A stretch of DNA of 64,000 nucleotides from Capnocytophaga sp. Lineage in GTDB: Bacteria > Bacteroidota > Bacteroidia > Flavobacteriales > Flavobacteriaceae. This document shows, piece by piece, positions 58,063-64,000 of the stretch (its first letter is position 1; the number at the start of each line of letters is the position of its first letter). A program made the position numbers and the translations under genes. The notes under the pieces were generated by a model. It worked only from the letters and a program-made list of their open reading frames with translations. It was not told the origin of the DNA and ran no database searches. The DNA is taken from NCBI GenBank assembly GCA_030530525.1, contig JAUMUT010000001.1, forward strand, positions 114,896 to 178,895, written 5' to 3'.

Positions 58063-58350
58063 GTTTTTGTTTGTATTTTCTTTTTATTAGAAATAATAAA
58101 TAGAAATATAGCATCTTGGGTATTAAAAAATCTATCTGAAAACTTAAAAAAAATATATAAAAATATGTTTTTTCTATCTATCTCTTACTCTATTTTAGGT
58201 ATCTCCTGATAAAAAATAGCTTTAAAAAACTATTTTTATGCTTATAAGTTAAATAAAATAGATAGAAAATGATACTTTTTATCTGCAAAATAAGAAAAAC
58301 TATCTTGTTTTTAGTATTTTCTATCTAAGAAATAAAAAAATCTATCTGGT

Positions 58351-58412
58351 AAAAATAAAAAACCATCTGGAATATTACATTTCCTATATAGGTTATGCAA
58401 TATTCCAGATGG
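58351..58412 (-). terminator. rho-independent terminator after tilS
   Basis: Perfect 14-bp inverted repeat CCATCTGGAATATT / AATATTCCAGATGG with a 22-nt loop, followed on the minus strand by a T-rich run (plus-strand aaaaataaaaaa). Confidence 0.65.
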
Positions 58413-58429
58413 TAAATGAAGTTTTCTAT

Positions 58430-59740
58430 CTATAAAATTTCTATTTTCAGTATATTTTTTGTATTTTCTGTTACTTTATAACGTTCATCAAGGCGTTTTT
58501 TTATTATCCATATAATAGAATCTTCATTATCGGTTAATATCCACTGATTTTCTTTATCAATAATAGAATATTTTTCATCTTTAAAGAATTTACTAAGGAG
58601 CTTTTTTTGATATTTCATTCCGATAGGATAAAAATAATCTGCTTCTTTTCGTTTTCTTAGCTGTAAAGGGAAAGTTACTTTATCTTTATTTATATAAATA
58701 ACGTTTGGATTGAAATTTTCTACCTTTTCTACCTCTGTAATATGCATTCGGAAAGGATTTTCTATCTGTGAAATATTTTCTTCTATAAGGAAAATAAAAT
58801 TTTCTTTCTCGGAATGAAGAGGAACTACCTCCCACTTTCCGTGATGTTGAATAATTCGGTGAGTATCAGAATATATTTGTTTTCCCGAAGGTGCGGAAAC
58901 AAATTTATCTAATTCGTCAGCGTTTTTGAAATTATATTTTTTAAATAATTCTAATAAAATATATCTTCTGTGAGGATTATTTTTTATTTTTTCTACTAAA
59001 AAAATAGTTTTATCTTCATAAATAAAACATTCTTTTGCTATATTTTCTAATACGGAATGAAGAAAAGATTGTGTTTGTGCTAAGTTTTCTTGCGTACGTA
59101 GAAAGTTTTGTAAAAAATGAGAATGAATTTCTTTTAAAATAGGGGAAATATGATGTCTTATTTTATTACGAACATAGTGGTCAGTAGCGTTAGAGCTATC
59201 TTCACGCCATTTTATATTATTTTCTATTGCAAAATGACATATTTCATCTCTGGAAAAAGGTAAAAGAGGACGAATAATGTTTCCGTTACGTTCAGGAATA
59301 GATAATAAACCTTGCAAACCTGACCCACGAGAAAGGTTAATTAAAAATGTTTCTACCATATCGTCTGCGTGATGTGCTACGGCTATATAATCACATTGTT
59401 TTTCTTTACATACTTCTGCAAACCATTGATAACGAAGTTGGCGAGCGGCTAATTGAGTATTTAACTTATGTTCTTTTGCATATTTTTTTGTTTCAAAACG
59501 AGTAAAATACAATGGAAGAGCTTGTTTATTAGCAAAATCTTTTACAAAAAGTTCATCGCCATCACTCTCCTCTCCTCTCAATTGAAAATTACAATGTGCC
59601 AGATGTAGAGAAACGTTTATTTGTTTTAGTAAAATAGCTAAAACAACACTATCTATTCCTCCGCTAATAGCTAAAAGGATTTTTTTATCTTGGATATCCG
59701 AAAAGTGAGCTGCAAAATGTTTTTTGAAACGAGAAATCAT
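58430..59740 (-). CDS. tilS: tRNA(Ile)-lysidine synthetase
   Basis: PP-loop SGGIDSVVL. 436 aa, with the long C-terminal substrate-binding domain typical of TilS. Its start overlaps the upstream gene stop (ATGA). Confidence 0.9.
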   Translation of the reverse strand: MISRFKKHFAAHFSDIQDKKILLAISGGIDSVVLAILLKQINVSLHLAHCNFQLRGEESDGDELFVKDFANKQALPLYFTRFETKKYAKEHKLNTQLAARQLRYQWFAEVCKEKQCDYIAVAHHADDMVETFLINLSRGSGLQGLLSIPERNGNIIRPLLPFSRDEICHFAIENNIKWREDSSNATDHYVRNKIRHHISPILKEIHSHFLQNFLRTQENLAQTQSFLHSVLENIAKECFIYEDKTIFLVEKIKNNPHRRYILLELFKKYNFKNADELDKFVSAPSGKQIYSDTHRIIQHHGKWEVVPLHSEKENFIFLIEENISQIENPFRMHITEVEKVENFNPNVIYINKDKVTFPLQLRKRKEADYFYPIGMKYQKKLLSKFFKDEKYSIIDKENQWILTDNEDSIIWIIKKRLDERYKVTENTKNILKIEIL

Positions 59741-60333
59741 TCGTAGAAAGAATAAATAATTATTGGGAGATTAGAATTGTCAATATAAGAAGCTACTTTA
59801 TTAAAAAAAGCAGGTGAAAGAGTAGGACAACCCCACGAAAGACACAATTTTTTATCTGTTTCTTCGTCTGGCACACAAGAGAAAGCGTGTAAGACAATAT
59901 ATCTTTTCTCTGTATTACTATTAGTTTTGTCTAATCCTTTTAGTTTATAAGCTTTTCCAAATTGTCCGTAATAACTTTTACCTATGGCACACTTTCCGAG
60001 AGAACTTTGGAGAGAGTTTTCAGTATTGCTAAACACTAAACCATCTTTCCCTTTTACTTCGGAACCTTCTCCGTGCAGTACAAGACCTTGTTCTAAGATT
60101 TTCTTATCTTGGAGATCATATATATAAAAACGAAACTTCCCGACAGGCTTATGAAAGTCTATCAGGAAAGCTATTTTTTGATTATATTTTTTATTTTTTA
60201 CAAAATCGGCAACGTGTTTTGCTTTGTTTTGTAGTCGTTGTGCGTATGTTTCCTCTTTCAAAACTCTTTTTCCTTGTGCGGAAATAGAAAACCAAGAAAG
60301 GAATACGCATAGAATAGAAAGGAATAATTTCAT
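59737..60333 (-). CDS. secreted L,D-transpeptidase catalytic-domain-like protein (YkuD_2-like)
   Basis: Signal peptide MKLFLSILCVFLSWFSISAQ. Conserved HAFSC...SWGCP (His/Cys pair resembling the L,D-transpeptidase active site). 198 aa. Confidence 0.55.
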   Translation of the reverse strand: MKLFLSILCVFLSWFSISAQGKRVLKEETYAQRLQNKAKHVADFVKNKKYNQKIAFLIDFHKPVGKFRFYIYDLQDKKILEQGLVLHGEGSEVKGKDGLVFSNTENSLQSSLGKCAIGKSYYGQFGKAYKLKGLDKTNSNTEKRYIVLHAFSCVPDEETDKKLCLSWGCPTLSPAFFNKVASYIDNSNLPIIIYSFYE

Positions 60334-60371
60334 TTCAGTAAGGAATTTTATAAAATGATGTTACAGAAAGA

Positions 60372-61592
60372 TTATAGAAGCATTCTTTTGGCTTTTTGTA
60401 GCCCTTCTATAAGCATATCTATCTCTTGAAAAGTATTATACACAGCAAAACTTGCTCTTACCGTGCCGGGAATTTGATAATAATCCATAATGGGCTGTGC
60501 GCAATGGTGTCCTGTACGAACAGCGATGCCCATTTTGTCTAAAATCGTCCCGACATCGTAAGGATGAACGTTGTTTATATTAAAAGAAAGCACGCCAGCC
60601 TTTTTAGTAAGGTCAGAAGTTCCGTAAATGGTAATATTTCCTAAAGAAAGTATCTTCTCGGTGGCATATTCTAAGAGTTTATGCTCGTGTTCTGCTATAA
60701 AATTCATTCCCAAAGATTGGATATAATCTATGGCATATCCGAAAGCGATTCCACCACATATGTTAGGCGTTCCTGCTTCAAATTTATAAGGTAAATCAGC
60801 ATACGTACTCTCTTGGAAACATACGGTTTTTATCATCTCTCCTCCTCCTTGGTATGGCGGAAGTTGTTGTAACCATTTTTCTTTTCCGTATAAAAATCCT
60901 ACACCTGTTGGGCCATACATTTTATGTGCGGAAGCCACGTAGAAATCTGCATCAAGGGCTTGTACATCTATGGAAAAGTGTGGAGCAGCTTGTGCGCCGT
61001 CTATGATAGTAATTGCGCCCACTGCCTTTGCTTTTTGAATGATTTCTTGTATTGGGTGAATATTCCCCAAAGCATTGGAAACGTGTTGGCAACTAACAAT
61101 TTTGGTTTTCTCAGAAAGAAGTTTTTCCAATTCAGGAAGAATAATCATTCCTTCATTATCAATAGGAATAGGACGAAGTATAGCTCCTGTGCGCTCAGAG
61201 AGGAATTGCCAAGGGACAATATTGCTATGATGCTCGGTAGTTAGCACCAAAATTTCGTCATTTTTTTTAAGGAAATTCGTTAAAGAAGATGCAATTAGGT
61301 TAATTCCTTCTGTGGTTCCGCTTGTAAAAATAACTTCGTGAGCTTGTTGGGCATTGATGTGTTTTTGTATTTTTTGCCGAGCTTCTTCATACGTATTGGT
61401 AGCTTCTTGGCTGAGGGTATGCACGCCTCGGTGAATGTTTGCATTATAAGAAGAATAATACTCTACAATGCTGTCAATGACTATTTTAGGTTTTTGAGAA
61501 GTAGCTCCGTTGTCAAAATATACCAAAGGTTTTCCATTTATTTTCCTTTCCAGAATAGGAAAATCTGCACGAATATTTAGAATAGTTTTCAT
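60372..61592 (-). CDS. sufS: cysteine desulfurase (SufS-type class V aminotransferase)
   Basis: 406 aa. PLP-lysine region SAHKMYGPTGVGFLYG. C-terminal catalytic-Cys loop RTGHHCAQP. N-terminus NIRADFPIL, as in SufS/CsdA. Confidence 0.9.
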   Translation of the reverse strand: MKTILNIRADFPILERKINGKPLVYFDNGATSQKPKIVIDSIVEYYSSYNANIHRGVHTLSQEATNTYEEARQKIQKHINAQQAHEVIFTSGTTEGINLIASSLTNFLKKNDEILVLTTEHHSNIVPWQFLSERTGAILRPIPIDNEGMIILPELEKLLSEKTKIVSCQHVSNALGNIHPIQEIIQKAKAVGAITIIDGAQAAPHFSIDVQALDADFYVASAHKMYGPTGVGFLYGKEKWLQQLPPYQGGGEMIKTVCFQESTYADLPYKFEAGTPNICGGIAFGYAIDYIQSLGMNFIAEHEHKLLEYATEKILSLGNITIYGTSDLTKKAGVLSFNINNVHPYDVGTILDKMGIAVRTGHHCAQPIMDYYQIPGTVRASFAVYNTFQEIDMLIEGLQKAKRMLL

Positions 61593-61932
61593 TAATATTT
61601 TTTTTGCAAAATTACAATTTTTTGAATAAATGAAACTTTTCTTTTTATTATATTTTAAAATATAGAATGAAAATCCTTTTTTATTAGCAATAAAAAGATA
61701 AAAAATACTAAAAAAAGAGAAAAATAAAACGAAATAACTATAATTATTTGCTAAAATATTTTGTAGATGCTTCTGCTAATAATTTCATTTTTATTATAAA
61801 ACATAGAAATTATTATTAGAAAAAACATATAATTGTTAATTTTATGTAGATATTTCACATAAAATCTTTATATTTTTATAAAAAAATATATAAAAACATT
61901 TTAAACTTTATTTAGTTTGTTTAAAAATAATT

Positions 61933-61940
61933 TATTACCT
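61933..61940 (+). promoter_or_regulatory. Bacteroidetes -7 box TACCTTTG upstream of the Ig-repeat lipoprotein gene
   Basis: 85 nt upstream of the ATG at 62025. An 8-bp inverted repeat TTTTATGT-N9-ACATAAAA at 61840-61868 lies further upstream. Confidence 0.4.
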
Positions 61941-62024
61941 TTGCCCTGTTTTTATAATGTTTTATAAATTATAGAAAAAAATATCTATTTAATTATTAAT
62001 TATCACACTAAATATTCTAATTTT

Positions 62025-64000
62025 ATGCAAAAAATTAATCTATTTTATGCGTTTATGGCTTTTATAGCCTTTTTTGGAGCTTGCAAAAAGGAAGACGACA
62101 AGCCCGAAGAAATTATTAATAATCTTTCTTTAGAGAAAACCGCTATAACCTTGAAGGTAGAAGAAACACAAAGTGTTGCCATTTTGACAGGAAATGGTAG
62201 CTATTCCGTAAAATCTTCTGATGAAAGCAAAGCAACTGCTACGATTGAAAAATCTTCTGTAAAAGTGGTAGCAAAAGCCGAAGGAGAAGCTACCCTAACC
62301 CTATCCGACGCCAAAGGGAAACAAGCAGAACTGAGAGTAACGGTGATAAACTTGGTAGTTCCTGGCGAAGAAATGACGATAGAAAAAGGCGCAACGCACG
62401 AGCATACGCTTACTTTTGGTAGTAATTACGAAGTTACTTCTGCTGACGAAAAAATAGCCACTGCTTCTGTAAAAGATAATACTTTAACCATTACCGCAGT
62501 AGAAAAAGGAACTACAAAAATATCGGTAAAAGACCCAAAAACCGAGAAAGTACAAGAATTTAGCGTAACGGTAAATGCCTTTACTCTAAGTGTTGAAAAA
62601 ACAGAAATTACTATAAAAGTTAATGAAACACAAAGTATTGCCATACAGAAAGGAAACGGAAATTATTCCGTAAAATCTTCTGATGAAAGTAAAGCTACTG
62701 CCATTATTGAAGAAAATAATGTAAAAATAACCGCAAAAGCCGAAGGAGAAATTACATTGACCATTACCGATACCGAAGAAAAACAAGTAGAAATAAAAGT
62801 AACGGTGATAAACTTGGTAGTTCCTGGCGAAGAAGTAACGCTCGGAGAAGGCAAAACAAAAACGCATACGCTTACATTCGGTAGTAATTACGAAGTTTCT
62901 TCTTCCGATGCGAAAATAGCTACCGCTTCTGTAAATAATAATATTTTGACCATTACAGGAGTAAAAGAAGGAACTACAAAAATATCAGTAAAAGACCCAA
63001 AAACCGAGAAAGTACAAGAATTTAGCGTAACGGTGATAAATTTGGTAGTTCCTGGCGAAGAAGTAACTCTTGGAGAAGGCAAAACAAAAACACATACGCT
63101 TACATTCGGTAGTAATTACCAAGTTTCTTCTTCTGATGCGAAAATAGCTACCGCTTCTGTAAATAATAATATTTTGACCATTACAGCGGTTAAAAAAGGA
63201 ACTGCAAAAATATCAGTAAAAGACCCAAAAACCGAGAAAGTACAAGAATTTAGCGTAACAGTAGTAGGCGTATTTTCCGTAGAAACAAAAAAATTAACCA
63301 TAAAGTATGGCGAACAAGGAAATGTTAAATTAATAAACGGAAATGGCAATTACGATTTTAAAGTTGAGCCAGAAGAAGCCGTATTGGTAATGGCACATAC
63401 CAATGATATTCTTAAAGTACAAGGACAAAAAGTAGGAAAAGCTACCGTAACAGTTACCGATAAAGAAACTGGTAAAAAAGATACATTTGCTGTGGAAGTA
63501 ACAGGTTTTCCTTTCACTATTGAAAAAAATAGTATTACCTTAGAGGAAGGAAACTACGAACAAATACGCATTACTAGCGGAAATCCTAATTATACGATAA
63601 AATATACTTTGCCAAACATAGTACAAACGCAAATTTCGGATAATATGATCTATGTAAGAGCCCTAAAAGCAGGAAAAGTACAAATTATTATTACCGATAC
63701 AGCAGGCGAAACACAAAGAATAGCCGTAACGGTAAATGCCACTTCTGGTTCAGAAGATATTTTTGAAATTGAAAATTATGAAAATGATGACGAAGACTCC
63801 GATGGCGAAGAAATAGCATTCGTATCTCTTAAATCTGGCGTGATAGCCAAAGGGCGAATTACCATTCCTGCCGAAGGAGTTAAGCTAATGGACGAAATAT
63901 TTTCTGGTAATAGAGAAATTACAGAAGTAGATTTGAATAATATAGAATATATAGGCGAAGGTGCTTTCTATGATACGAAAAACCTTACAAAAGTAACAAT
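62025..64000 (+). CDS. cell-surface lipoprotein with about seven tandem Ig-like (Big_2-type) domains followed by the start of a BspA-type leucine-rich repeat region (3'-partial)
   Basis: Translated by hand; absent from the ORF track because it runs off the window end. Starts MQKINLFYAFMAFIAFFGAC (lipoprotein box). Then alternating 76-78-aa repeats (TAITLKVEETQSVAILTGNGSYSVKSSDESKATATI...VTVI / NLVVPGEEVTLGEGKTKTHTLTFGSNYEVSSSDAKIATASVNNNILTITGVKEGTTKISVKDPKTEKVQEFSVTV). An acidic linker (ENYENDDEDSDGEE) follows. The sequence ends IPAEGVKLMDEIFSGNREITEVDLNNIEYIGEGAFYDTKNLTKV. Confidence 0.85.
   Translation, partial: MQKINLFYAFMAFIAFFGACKKEDDKPEEIINNLSLEKTAITLKVEETQSVAILTGNGSYSVKSSDESKATATIEKSSVKVVAKAEGEATLTLSDAKGKQAELRVTVINLVVPGEEMTIEKGATHEHTLTFGSNYEVTSADEKIATASVKDNTLTITAVEKGTTKISVKDPKTEKVQEFSVTVNAFTLSVEKTEITIKVNETQSIAIQKGNGNYSVKSSDESKATAIIEENNVKITAKAEGEITLTITDTEEKQVEIKVTVINLVVPGEEVTLGEGKTKTHTLTFGSNYEVSSSDAKIATASVNNNILTITGVKEGTTKISVKDPKTEKVQEFSVTVINLVVPGEEVTLGEGKTKTHTLTFGSNYQVSSSDAKIATASVNNNILTITAVKKGTAKISVKDPKTEKVQEFSVTVVGVFSVETKKLTIKYGEQGNVKLINGNGNYDFKVEPEEAVLVMAHTNDILKVQGQKVGKATVTVTDKETGKKDTFAVEVTGFPFTIEKNSITLEEGNYEQIRITSGNPNYTIKYTLPNIVQTQISDNMIYVRALKAGKVQIIITDTAGETQRIAVTVNATSGSEDIFEIENYENDDEDSDGEEIAFVSLKSGVIAKGRITIPAEGVKLMDEIFSGNREITEVDLNNIEYIGEGAFYDTKNLTKVT
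62805..63260 (+). repeat. two near-identical (~96%) 228-bp tandem repeats inside the Ig-repeat lipoprotein gene (62805-63032 and 63033-63260); a diverged third copy lies at 62343-62575
   Basis: Direct nucleotide comparison: both copies start gtgataaa(c/t)ttggtagttcctggcgaagaagtaac. Only about 10 substitutions separate them. The period is 228 bp, i.e. 76 aa, so copy-number change stays in frame. Confidence 0.85.

Noticed and set aside
62426-63349. Several 60-90-aa minus-strand ORFs (MPSPRVTSSPGTTKFITVT...)
   Set aside because: They are antisense frames inside the Ig-repeat lipoprotein gene. Their mutual similarity just reflects the sense-strand tandem repeats.

Overview
AT-rich (roughly 30-35% GC) chromosomal segment of a Bacteroidota, most likely class Flavobacteriia. 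Three things support that: the Bacteroidetes sigma-A -7 box TAnnTTTG (often extended to TACTTTTGCAC) is read directly upstream of many genes; the syntenies DUF4290-murA, ftsX-DUF3098-uppP and ompH-ompH-murI are typical of the group; and several proteins have lipoprotein/OMP signal peptides ending near a Cys or the 'ANAQ' cleavage site. The window is mostly densely packed core housekeeping: galK/galM, priA, dinB, two tandem tRNA-Val, tsaB, murA, asnS, rluB-like, xth, tRNA-Gly and tRNA-Leu, dprA, mutL, htpG, ftsX, uppP, comM-like, two rhomboids, purB, mtnN, dtd, murI, two Skp/OmpH, rnr, tilS and sufS. Three accessory-looking parts stand out. (1) A sialidase operon (exo-alpha-sialidase - deacetylase-like protein - secreted hypothetical - dprA) with a divergent GntR/FCD regulator and no sialic-acid catabolic genes. 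(2) A 4.5-kb array of four co-directional genes (OmpH-like lipoprotein, SAM methyltransferase, coiled-coil hypothetical, GlmU-like nucleotidyltransferase) separated by copies of a previously uncharacterised modular intergenic repeat, built on the perfect 14-bp palindrome GTTCCACGTGGAAC (4 copies) plus a conserved ~110-bp AT-rich module (3 copies); the same array also holds a 190-bp element bounded by 16-bp terminal inverted repeats. (3) A 3'-partial surface lipoprotein gene made of about seven Ig-like repeats, two of them ~96% identical 228-bp tandem copies, followed by a BspA-type leucine-rich-repeat start. No CRISPR array, transposase, integrase or phage genes are visible. All functional calls rest on motifs read by eye from the supplied translations, not on database searches.
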